Source of the DNA: Kofleriaceae bacterium
Lineage (GTDB): Bacteria > Myxococcota_A > Polyangia > Haliangiales > Haliangiaceae
Length of the DNA: 64,000 nucleotides
NCBI GenBank assembly: GCA_039935615.1
Contig: JBDTJY010000032.1
Span: 14,265-78,264, forward strand
Direction of reading: 5' to 3'
This document shows positions 55,601 to 63,314 of this stretch, in pieces (the first letter of the stretch is position 1; each line of letters begins with the position of its first letter). The translations under genes and the position numbers were made by a program. The notes under the pieces were generated by a model. The model did not search any database. It was given only the letters and a program-made list of their open reading frames with translations, and was not told the DNA's origin.

Positions 55601-57965
55601 GCGACAACAAGAAGTACTTCTTGCCGAGCGCGACGACCTCGCGGCGGATCACTTCGTCACGCGCCTCGCGCGCCTCGCTCTCGCTCGGGCACGGCGTGCC
55701 ACTGCGGGTCTGCACGCACGGCGTCATCGCCACCGGTTCTTGCTTCGCCAGCAGCCGCGCCGCGATGTGCCGCTGCGCCCACAGGCGCGGGAGATAGCCC
55801 GCCTGTGGCCTAGCTCCGGCGAGCGCGATCCGCTGCTGCCACGGCGCACCGTCGACGGTCCCGGTCAGCTCGACCGCGGTCGCCGGATGATCGCTCGCGA
55901 GCTTCGCGACGAGCTCGAGCTCCTCGCCATCCGCGAGTTGCGGCGCGTTGAGGTACGCCGTCGCCGGCACGAGCGCGCCCTGCGCGTCGACCAGCTTCGC
56001 CTCGAGCCCGGTGACGCGCGTCGTATGGAGCGCCGCCACCAGGTCGAACGCGCGCCAGCCGAGGTCATCGGCGAGATCCATCGTCGTCGAATAACCGCCG
56101 GTCGCCGCGGCGAGCGCGCCGAGCGTCTGCGTATCCGGCCCATCCCCGATGCCGACACCGACGAAGTGCGCCTTGCCCGCGAGCTCCGCGCGCAGCGCAT
56201 CGAGGTGGCGATCGCCGCTCGTGATCATGCCGTCGCCGAGATAGACGATCATCGCCGAATCGGGATCGACCCCCGCGAGCTGCTTGGTCGCCGCCGCGAG
56301 CGCGACCTCGAAGTCGGTCGCGCCGACGCCACCCTCGTGCTCGAGGCTGTGGCGCAGCGCCTTGCGGTCGACATCCATCACGCGGGTCAGCGCCAGCTTC
56401 TGCCGCGCCTGCACGTCGAACGCGAGCACGCCGACCTGGTCGTTTTCGTCGAGCTCGCCGACCATCGCCTCGATCACGTTGCGCTGCGCGTGGAGCTCCG
56501 CCGGACTACGCGACGCCGAGACGTCGTCGAGGATCAGCCACGTGCGCGGTTTGTACGCCGGGCGCTTGCTGTCGCCATCGCCCCTGAGCGCGACCGGCGA
56601 ACGCACGAGCACGAACTTCTCGCCCGCGGCGTCCGCGGTCGCCACCACGGCGCGATGGCGCGTATCGCGCACGTGCAGCACGAACGAATCGCCGAGCTTC
56701 TCGTTCGCGTGGTGATACGTGACGAGCGCGTCGTCGCCCTTGCGTTCGGTCGTCACCGTGTGACTCGTCGATTGGACCTCGCAGTTGGCGCAGCCCTTGA
56801 GCCGCACTGCGATGTCCATCTGCCCGACGGTCTGGTCGACATCCGGCAACGGCACGGTGATCGTGTAGTCGTCGTACAGCTTCGGCAGGCTCTGCGTGTA
56901 CGCGAGCATCAGCCGCTTGTCTTCCTGCGCCTTGAGCGGATACACGCGCAGCGACAACCGGCCGACACCGGCCCATTCGAGCAGCGCCGGATCGACGCGG
57001 CGATACACCAGCTCTTCATAGATCCGCCGCGCACGCATGCGCTCGACGACCGCCGACTCGGTCAACTTGCCGTCGACGTACATCGCGAGTCGCTGCAGCG
57101 CCGCATCGGGCGGAATCGCGAACCGATACATCCCTTCGAGATCCTGCGGGGCATCGTTGTGAAATGTCTGATCGAGCGCGACGCGCGCGACCTGATCCTC
57201 GACGGTGATGTCGAGCCCGAGCTTCGCGATCGGCAGCGGATATTCCTGACCCCACGGCGGATGCGACCGCACGCCCGGATCGCGAGCGAACAACGTGCCG
57301 TGGTGCGACGCGAGGTCGTGCTCCTCGGCGTGACGCGCCTGTTGGGCCCACGACACCAGGTGCGAGAGGCGCGGTGCCGGCCCACGCACGGGCGGGCGGC
57401 CCGGTTCGGCGACCGCTTGCTCGCCGGCGTGCAACACGACCTCGCCGTCGCTGCTCGCCAGCTTGACCTCGCCGCGCACGACCGCCGCGGTGGTCTTATC
57501 GGCCAGCCCTTGGACGACGAACCGCGTGCCGAGCACGTCGATCCGACCGTGCTTGGTCTCGACGACGAACACGCCCTTGCCGGGCGCGACGTCGAGCAAC
57601 GCGGTGCCGCTGATCCGGACCTTGCGCGGGCCCAGCACGGTGACCTCGGTCCCTGCCTCGGCGATGTAGGTCGTCCCGTCGGCGAGCTTCTGGACCGTCG
57701 CGGTTCGGGTCGCGGTCTCGGTCGGGTGAACGAAGTGCGTCGCGACCACCGCGATCGCCGCCGTCGCGACGAAGCCGAGGCCGATCGCGAACAGCGGACG
57801 CCGCGACTTCACGGGCGCCGGTTCGCCGGCTGCCACGGCATACTTCGCGACGAGCCCGTCGCGGATCCGCGTGCGCGCGGCCGCGTCGAGCTTCGGCGCT
57901 TCGCCGCCCTTTTCGATCAGCTCCGAAACGTTCTGTTCGAGCACGTCTTTGTTGGAATTCGTCAT
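52695..57965 (-). CDS. Giant (1756 aa) membrane-anchored FecR-like / VIT / vWA / TPR protein, probable anti-sigma partner of the adjacent ECF sigma
   Basis: ATG 57965 shares one base with the ECF stop. TM LFAIGLGFVATAAIAVVATHF. FecR-like GRIDVLGTRFVV. VIT (LDITVEDQVARVALDQTFHN...YRFAIP). vWA MIDAS LILDDVSASRS. About 700 aa are unassigned. C-terminal TPR-like repeats. The 127-aa extension in the track was rejected. Confidence 0.85.
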   Translation of the reverse strand: MTNSNKDVLEQNVSELIEKGGEAPKLDAAARTRIRDGLVAKYAVAAGEPAPVKSRRPLFAIGLGFVATAAIAVVATHFVHPTETATRTATVQKLADGTTYIAEAGTEVTVLGPRKVRISGTALLDVAPGKGVFVVETKHGRIDVLGTRFVVQGLADKTTAAVVRGEVKLASSDGEVVLHAGEQAVAEPGRPPVRGPAPRLSHLVSWAQQARHAEEHDLASHHGTLFARDPGVRSHPPWGQEYPLPIAKLGLDITVEDQVARVALDQTFHNDAPQDLEGMYRFAIPPDAALQRLAMYVDGKLTESAVVERMRARRIYEELVYRRVDPALLEWAGVGRLSLRVYPLKAQEDKRLMLAYTQSLPKLYDDYTITVPLPDVDQTVGQMDIAVRLKGCANCEVQSTSHTVTTERKGDDALVTYHHANEKLGDSFVLHVRDTRHRAVVATADAAGEKFVLVRSPVALRGDGDSKRPAYKPRTWLILDDVSASRSPAELHAQRNVIEAMVGELDENDQVGVLAFDVQARQKLALTRVMDVDRKALRHSLEHEGGVGATDFEVALAAATKQLAGVDPDSAMIVYLGDGMITSGDRHLDALRAELAGKAHFVGVGIGDGPDTQTLGALAAATGGYSTTMDLADDLGWRAFDLVAALHTTRVTGLEAKLVDAQGALVPATAYLNAPQLADGEELELVAKLASDHPATAVELTGTVDGAPWQQRIALAGARPQAGYLPRLWAQRHIAARLLAKQEPVAMTPCVQTRSGTPCPSESEAREARDEVIRREVVALGKKYFLLSRHTSLLVLENDDMYRQYDVPKGAGDTWAPYVLPATIPVVHTVQPTLHLALDAEVARAPLQIFTSYDYPQETWTRRAWAGPMTAHSALRSIDALPPDEDRGGETTRGTMALDEGKLGKQDADAAFVVTAALQQGGGTLDNEQADAQKAATDEKFVVTGADDSTIYGGLGGDLNGEVAGGFGFGQGRGGFGVGYGTIGHGSGVGGGWRYKQQAATSLLHLNYPADPTFDDLTGFIPGLALETADTLRRSFGTPATHTISDAARALLADSRKRLPTGVYRWGDRELAVDDARRLGWRRTTTQGLAETASYDGATWTRRYAELGLDVVRPVASDDIALGLAYLPIWIADPAHYAQYFDVSASGRIVTLSTTVHGKSTPAYTLTFDDQSRLISIADGTGHRIVEIAWGPQGPMAAKLDGEPLAVGFTRQAIADATAWAHGGALPGVVAEQPGHSVDYWTKQVAAETAGSVGWRRAERQLLVAAAAQRNKPLSFATFEALRTRGGVELGDLVLASGGFATASDAQLANSLESFPRSGVAQYVTAARGYVKQSNRPQPAATSREGLVGALSQLRLAEAQLQARDAAGAAATVEAMAPAASDLRFAAAMAGMYQYDQPVEPLLRIWDANAIGSMKNVARAQAAQLLANRGKIDLAADRAIALVDDLDLDAAPPQLQQLHNYMASARQGQVGMNLFYAKLRAKVMPSTSYAHVVAMLPLALQHQDAVPVLARAAELAGDDAGKQVELAQLAMAYGQTVWVQGRIKQMLASTPTRAMYQLAAQVAINSGDLAEGLVDLEAAQDRVDDDRVTMATVRGELAQIISVSQQLAAQTSGTARDKIVQGALAWGERWRAVDPGNTQIDQQLGDLLLAVGDEAGAWRQLSSTIERDPWTGTGYMTVAETFERRGKVADALPFWQQAIVIDQTNPTPLLRKAQALLALGRRGEGDALLRQITQQKWHDVWSGVVYQARDLQQHSR

Positions 57966-58588
57966 CACGCAACCTCCGACGAGAAGTGGACCGACAGCGC
58001 CGCGAACGTGTCGCGGAAGGCGCGGCGTGCCCGTGCGAGTAAAGATTTGGTGGCGTCGACCGAGATGCCGAGCTCGCCCGCGAGCGTCTCGAGGCTCTCT
58101 CCGTCGACATACTTGCGCGTCAGCGCGCTGCGATACTGCTCCGGCAGATTCGCGATCGCCATGTGGACGAGGTCGCGGGTCTCGGCACGCTCCAACACCT
58201 CGCCCGGCAGCGGCCGCTCGGCCATCGCGGCGAACGTCTGCGCGAGCGTCGCGTCGATCCGCTCCCAGGTCTCGAGCAACTGATCGGCGCGGCGATGCTC
58301 GCGCAGGTGATCGCGGATCACGTTGCGCGACAGCACCGCGAGCCAACCGGCGTGCGAGCCGCGGGTCGGGTCGTAGTCGGTGGTGCGGGCGAGCGCCTTC
58401 GCGAACGTCTCCTGCACCACGTCCTCGGCCAGCGCGGCATCGCGGCCCACTCGATAGAACACAAACGCGTACAGCCCGTCGACGTTGGTGTCGTAGAACC
58501 GCTCGATCGCGGCTCGATCCCCCGCCTTGGCACCCGCTAAGTCGGCACCTCCGGCGGGCGTGCGAAACAGGCGTCCAAACAAGGTCAT
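57965..58588 (-). CDS. ECF-type RNA polymerase sigma factor
   Basis: 207 aa from ATG 58588 (MTLFGRLF...). Region 2 DVVQETFAKAL. Region 4 YRSALTRKYVDGESLETLAGELGISVDATKSLLARARRAFR. Confidence 0.9.
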   Translation of the reverse strand: MTLFGRLFRTPAGGADLAGAKAGDRAAIERFYDTNVDGLYAFVFYRVGRDAALAEDVVQETFAKALARTTDYDPTRGSHAGWLAVLSRNVIRDHLREHRRADQLLETWERIDATLAQTFAAMAERPLPGEVLERAETRDLVHMAIANLPEQYRSALTRKYVDGESLETLAGELGISVDATKSLLARARRAFRDTFAALSVHFSSEVA

Positions 58589-58652
58589 GGTGTTTGCATG
58601 TGTCAACGTCCGTGACCCAGGTGTCGATCTTTGGTCTGGCGAGCGACGGGGC

Positions 58653-58677
58653 AACGATTACGCTAGGTTTGGTGTCC
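58653..58677 (-). promoter_or_regulatory. Candidate ECF-type autoregulated promoter GGACA-N16-CGTT
   Basis: The minus strand reads GGACACCAAACCTAGCGTAATCGTT, about 65-90 nt upstream of the ECF sigma ATG. It resembles the generic GGAAC-N16/17-CGTC/T pattern. Confidence 0.25.
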
Positions 58678-58684
58678 TAACGGT

Positions 58685-59755
58685 ATGCGGATCCTGCCAA
58701 CAGCGCTGGTCGCGTCGGTGGCGATTCACACCGGCGCGATCACCTGGGCGGTCTCGCACGAGCTCGAAACCCCGGCGGTCGTTACGGTCACCGCGCCGCC
58801 GATCGAGGTCGTGATCGTCGCTCCGGCGAAGGCGCGGCAGGAACCGCAGGAGCTCGTGGTGGCGTTGCTCGACGACCACACCGTCGCAACGATGCCACAG
58901 GCCACGACCCGTGAAACGCGTGCTCTCGCGCCGCACGCGACGGGTCGAATCTCGACGGGCCGGTCGGGCCCGACCGAGGTCGCACCGGCACCTCCCCACT
59001 CGTCGATCATGACGATGCGCGGGCCCGACAAGAAGATCCTCAAGGGCCCGTCGGACGCGTTCTGGCAGAAGTTCGACGACAACACCAGGCCGCTGCAACC
59101 GAGCGACCTCGAGGGCGAGCGGATCGCCGATGATGTCGCGCGCGAGGCCGAGCACCTGAACAATCCGCGCTGGATCGCGAACGCGACGCCGGAACAAGCC
59201 TACGAGGAGCGCGAGCATCAAGTCGCGAGCCGCGAGGAACAAGCGAATCACGAGCTCCAGCAAGACGGTCGTGGCACCAAAGCCGAGCACGCGACGTTCA
59301 CCGGTCACGTCGATCCGGACGGCACCGCGCACCTCGATCAGAAGCGCCGCTACGACCCGACCGAGATCCTGATGCACCGCAACAACATCGATCCGTACGC
59401 GTCGAACAAGCGGCGATTCCTCGACGGCACGCGCGAAGAGCGCTACCAGATCGGCAAGCAGTACAAAGAGCAGCAGCTCGCGCACTCGTCGCAGATCGCG
59501 CAGCACAACCTCGAGTATCTGTGGGCGAAGACCACCGATACCAACCAGCGCAAGCAGGCGCTGTTCGAGATGTGGGACGAATGCGCGGAGACCGGCTCGG
59601 AGAAGTTGGTCGCCGGCGGTGCGTCCGCGCGCCTGATCATCGTCGGCTTCATCCGCGGCCACATGACCGGCGCTGCCTCGTACACCGCCGCCGAGCTCGT
59701 CGCGTTCAACGCGAAGAAGAAGTCGAGCGCCGTGTTCGATCCGTACAAAGAATGA
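58685..59755 (+). CDS. Hypothetical protein with N-terminal TM anchor
   Basis: 356 aa. ATG start. ILPTALVASVAIHTGAITWAV, then a charged helical region. No family recognised. Confidence 0.7.
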   Translation: MRILPTALVASVAIHTGAITWAVSHELETPAVVTVTAPPIEVVIVAPAKARQEPQELVVALLDDHTVATMPQATTRETRALAPHATGRISTGRSGPTEVAPAPPHSSIMTMRGPDKKILKGPSDAFWQKFDDNTRPLQPSDLEGERIADDVAREAEHLNNPRWIANATPEQAYEEREHQVASREEQANHELQQDGRGTKAEHATFTGHVDPDGTAHLDQKRRYDPTEILMHRNNIDPYASNKRRFLDGTREERYQIGKQYKEQQLAHSSQIAQHNLEYLWAKTTDTNQRKQALFEMWDECAETGSEKLVAGGASARLIIVGFIRGHMTGAASYTAAELVAFNAKKKSSAVFDPYKE

Positions 59756-59770
59756 TCGTACGGTCGTGGC

Positions 59771-60160
59771 ATGCCCACCTGGCCCGAGCTCAAGGACTAC
59801 GCGAAGTCGAAGTACGTGCTCGACGACGATGGCGATGACGACTTCTCGTTGATCTTCGAGTTCGACACCGGCCGCACGCAGAAGGTCGGCATCACGCGGT
59901 TCACCGCGTTCGACAAGAACTGGATCGAGTTTCGCTCGTACGTCTGCAAGGGCGCGCAGATGGACAAGGAGGTCGCGCTGCGCAAGAACGAAGAGCTCGC
60001 GATCGGCGCGCTCGCGCTCGACGAGGAAGGCGACTACTGCCTGGTGTACTCGGTCGCGCTCGACACGTTGGATCCCGACGAGTTCGAGGTCCCGCTCCAC
60101 GCGCTCGCGCATGTCGCCGACGAGCTCGAAGCGCACTACGCGGCGTCCGACGATTTCTAG
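59771..60160 (+). CDS. Hypothetical small acidic cytoplasmic protein (129 aa)
   Basis: ATG start 15 nt after the upstream stop. Good codon bias. No family recognised with confidence. Confidence 0.7.
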   Translation: MPTWPELKDYAKSKYVLDDDGDDDFSLIFEFDTGRTQKVGITRFTAFDKNWIEFRSYVCKGAQMDKEVALRKNEELAIGALALDEEGDYCLVYSVALDTLDPDEFEVPLHALAHVADELEAHYAASDDF

Positions 60161-61189
60161 TTAGTGCGACGAGCCGCAGGTGAACGTCGCCGTGATCTCC
60201 GGCGCCGTCGCCGCGGCGTTGTATGCAGTGCACGCGCTGCCGACGAGCTTGATCGTATGCGCGTCGACCGCGACCCAATCGGTCGTGTACGCCAGCGCCG
60301 TGCCGTTCGACTTCACGGTGCCGAGCGAGGCCTGGGCGACATCGATCGTGCCGTCGATCGTCAGCTTGCAATCGAGCACCGCGTGGAACACGGACGTATA
60401 GCCGGCGAGGACGTCCGCCGCGCTGTTGCTCGTGTAGTACGGCACGTCGGTGGTCGAGCCAAGGCCGGCGTTCGCGATCTTCTGCAGGAACGTGGTGTCG
60501 ACGCCGCCGAGGCCGATCACGTAGAGCGAGATGTGCTTGTCGTTGTAGTTCGCGAGCGTCTGATCGACCGCTTGCTGCGTGTGATCGACGTTGGGGTTGC
60601 CGCACGAGTTCGGCGTCCCGTCGGTGGCGAGCACGATGACCTTTGGATCGCCGGTCACGTTGCCGAAGCCGTCGTGCAGCGAGAGCAGTGCTTCGGGCAA
60701 CGGATCGGTGCCGTTGATGTAGCCCATGTCGATCGCGTTCTTCACGCCCGTCATGTTGTTGATCGTGCAAGCGCTCGCGTGGAATGACGGACACGTGCCC
60801 GAGCTAAGATAGACCGACGCGCCGAACTGGGCCTTCGTCTGGAGGCCGGTGAGCAGCGGCGTCGTGCCGCTATACAGCGCCCTCTGCACGGCGTCGTACT
60901 TGCTATTCGCGCCGCTCATACCGTCGCCCATCGTCCCCGAGCCGTCGACCACGAGCTGGATCAACGGCGTCACCGGCGTCACCGTGAACGCGTTCGCACG
61001 ACAGCTTCCACCACCGGAGCCACCGTTCTCGATCGGTGGATCGGTATCGGTGTACGTGGAGATGCTCGGCGCGACGCACGCGGTGAACAACATCGAGACA
61101 ACAGCGAGCCGCAACACGCTTAGAGAATACAGCAAGCGAGGAACCCGCGCTCGAAAGTTCGACGACGCTGGCCTACACACATCGCGCAT
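60161..61189 (-). CDS. vWA-domain lipoprotein
   Basis: Lipobox SMLFTAC. MIDAS-like LVVDGSGTMG and VLATDGTPN. Conserved C-terminal domain ending TATFTCGSSH. The start may be the internal GTG 61117 (MLRLAVVSMLFTAC), which is conserved in the paralogous copy. Confidence 0.8.
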   Translation of the reverse strand: MRDVCRPASSNFRARVPRLLYSLSVLRLAVVSMLFTACVAPSISTYTDTDPPIENGGSGGGSCRANAFTVTPVTPLIQLVVDGSGTMGDGMSGANSKYDAVQRALYSGTTPLLTGLQTKAQFGASVYLSSGTCPSFHASACTINNMTGVKNAIDMGYINGTDPLPEALLSLHDGFGNVTGDPKVIVLATDGTPNSCGNPNVDHTQQAVDQTLANYNDKHISLYVIGLGGVDTTFLQKIANAGLGSTTDVPYYTSNSAADVLAGYTSVFHAVLDCKLTIDGTIDVAQASLGTVKSNGTALAYTTDWVAVDAHTIKLVGSACTAYNAAATAPEITATFTCGSSH

Positions 61190-61201
61190 CTCGCGACACT
61201 T

Positions 61202-61701
61202 CTAGTGTGACGAACCGCAAGTGAACGTCGCCGTGATCTCCGGCAGCGTCGTCGCCTTGTTGTAGTTGGTGCACGCCTGGCCGACGAGCTTGATCGTATG
61301 CGCGTCGACGGCGGTCCAATCGGTCGAGGACGTCAGCGTCGTACCGTTGGTCTTCACCGTGCCGAGCGACGCCTGCGCGACCTCGATCGTGCCGTCGAGC
61401 GTCAGCTCGCAGTCGATGATCGTGTTGACGATCGCGGCGTAGTTGGTCGCGAGCGTGGTCGCGTCGGCCGCCTGGTAGATCGTCCCGGTCGTCGTGTTGA
61501 TCCCGGCGTTCGCCATCGGCTGGAGAACGACGTCGGAACGTCGCCGAGGCCGATGATGTACAGCGAGATGCCCGCGGCGACCGTCGCGGTGACGGCGTCG
61601 TTCGTGCGATCGCCTTGGTTACTCGACCGCCGGATCCTTGGCCGCGAGCACCCGGCGAGAAAAGCGAGCCGCAACACAATACATACACTACAGCAAGCCA
61701 C
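61202..61701 (-). pseudogene. Degraded tandem paralogue of the vWA lipoprotein gene (internal deletion of most of the vWA domain plus a 1-nt frameshift)
   Basis: Track ORFs 61402..61701 (MACCSVCIVLRLAFLAGC...ISLYIIGLGDVP...) and 61202..61516 (...MANAGINTT...TATFTCGSSH) match the N- and C-terminal parts of the neighbouring gene in two different frames. A nucleotide alignment by eye around 61505..61545 against 60470..60510 shows 30 nt versus 31 nt. Confidence 0.75.
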
Positions 61702-61807
61702 GAGCCACCCGGCCGGCGCTCGTAGGCCGAGCGGTTTCGGCGTGTTCCGAGCGGAGGGGGTCAGCAGACCCTGGGGCTCGACGCTCCTCCCATGCTAAGC
61801 ATCGCCC

Positions 61808-62926
61808 ATGGCAACCGCCGCCGCGGGAGCGATGATCGGCGGGCGATATCGGCTCGGGGCGCAACTTGGCAAGGGCTCGCAGGGTGAGCTGTTCGTAGCC
61901 GAGGACACCAAGGCCAAGGGTGCGGAGGACCGTCAGGTGGTCGTGAAGCGGATCACCCCGCACGGGACCTGGAAGTCGTTCGAGCTGTTCGAGCGCGAGG
62001 CCAAGGTGTTGTCGCAACTCCGTCACGCGGGCGTGCCGCGCCACTACGCGACCACCGAGGAGCCGCCGGGCACGTTCAACCTCGTGATGCAGAAGTTTCC
62101 CGGCCAGAACCTGCGCGAGCTGGTCAAGACGCGCCGGCTCTCCGAGGTCGAGCTCCGCGATATCTTGATCCGCTGCCTCGAGATCCTCGACTACTTGCAC
62201 ACGCGATCTCCGTCGGTGATCCATCGCGACATCAAGCCGTCGAACATCATGCGCGCGGCGGACGGCAAGATCGCGCTCGTCGATTTCGGCGGCGTGCTCG
62301 ATGCGGCGCGCGACAAAGGTGGCTCGACGATCGTCGGCACGTTCGGCTACATGGCGCCGGAGCAGCTCCACGGCCAGGTCACACCGGCGACCGATCTCTA
62401 CGCTCTCGGTGCGACGATCGTCGCGCTCGCCGGCGGCGTCGAGCCCGAGGACGTTCCGCGCAAGGGCCTGCGGATGGATCTCGCGAAGGCGTTGCCGTCG
62501 CTCGAGCCGACGTTTCGCCACGTGCTCGAGGAGATGACCGAGACCGATCCCGACAAGCGACCGCAACGCGCGCGCGATGTCGTCGCGTTGCTCGCGAAGG
62601 CGCGGCCGGCGCGCACGATGCGCGAAGAGCGCGCGCTCGTGAAACCAGCTCCTCGCGATCTCGCACCGCGCCGGTTGTTCGGCGATGTCCAGGAGCCGCT
62701 CGGCACGCTGCTCCGCATGGGCGTGTTGAGCTTCGGTGTTGGCGGCTGGGCCGGGATGGCGAGTATTCGGGTCTCGCTCGCGATCGTGATCGGGCTCGTG
62801 TCGGTGCTGGCCTTCCCCGCGCGCAAACGGATCTTCGGCGTCGGGCGCGAGCTCGATTCGATGCTGTCCGAGGGTCAGGGCGGCTTCGTCGACATGATGA
62901 AGGGCGCGATGGCGCGCCGGTCATGA
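61808..62926 (+). CDS. Ser/Thr protein kinase with C-terminal membrane segments
   Basis: 372 aa. GKGSQGELF, VVVKR, VIHRDIKPSNIM, DFGG, GTFGYMAPEQ. C-terminal hydrophobic LSFGVGGWAGMASIRVSLAIVIGLVSVLAF. Confidence 0.9.
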   Translation: MATAAAGAMIGGRYRLGAQLGKGSQGELFVAEDTKAKGAEDRQVVVKRITPHGTWKSFELFEREAKVLSQLRHAGVPRHYATTEEPPGTFNLVMQKFPGQNLRELVKTRRLSEVELRDILIRCLEILDYLHTRSPSVIHRDIKPSNIMRAADGKIALVDFGGVLDAARDKGGSTIVGTFGYMAPEQLHGQVTPATDLYALGATIVALAGGVEPEDVPRKGLRMDLAKALPSLEPTFRHVLEEMTETDPDKRPQRARDVVALLAKARPARTMREERALVKPAPRDLAPRRLFGDVQEPLGTLLRMGVLSFGVGGWAGMASIRVSLAIVIGLVSVLAFPARKRIFGVGRELDSMLSEGQGGFVDMMKGAMARRS

Positions 62927-63064
62927 CCACGCTGGTTCACGATCGCGTTTCGCACCACGGATCGCGAAGACTGCTGAGGCGTAGGCGCACATCTTCGCCT
63001 CGCCTCGCACGCGAGCGGTCAGATCGATCACCTGGATCACGCCTGGTCGCGGGGTTGGCGCGGC

Positions 63065-63307
63065 ATGAAAGCTGCTGTGTTCGCGGGTATGGGCTCCTCG
63101 CTTTGGTTCTTGTTGCTCGCCGCGATCGTCGCGCTGGTGACCGGCTGTCCTCGGGTCGAGGCTCAACCCGCACAACAGCTCCCGGGCGACGCCGGCATTC
63201 ACATCGCGGACGCGCTCAAGCGCGCGCCGATCACGCGCGACGCCACGCCGCTACATCTGGACGGTGGAGCGATCCACGCGGACGGTGGACCGAGCTCGTC
63301 GCACTGA
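63065..63307 (+). CDS. Small putative lipoprotein (80 aa)
   Basis: ATG start. LWFLLLAAIVALVTGC signal plus lipobox. Third-position G/C is lower than in neighbouring genes. Confidence 0.45.
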   Translation: MKAAVFAGMGSSLWFLLLAAIVALVTGCPRVEAQPAQQLPGDAGIHIADALKRAPITRDATPLHLDGGAIHADGGPSSSH

Positions 63308-63314
63308 GCCCGGC

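Noticed and set aside
61202-61701. Track ORFs 61202..61516 and 61402..61701 as two separate small genes.
   Set aside because: They are the C- and N-terminal remnants of one decayed paralogue of the adjacent vWA gene, in different frames. I called this a pseudogene instead.
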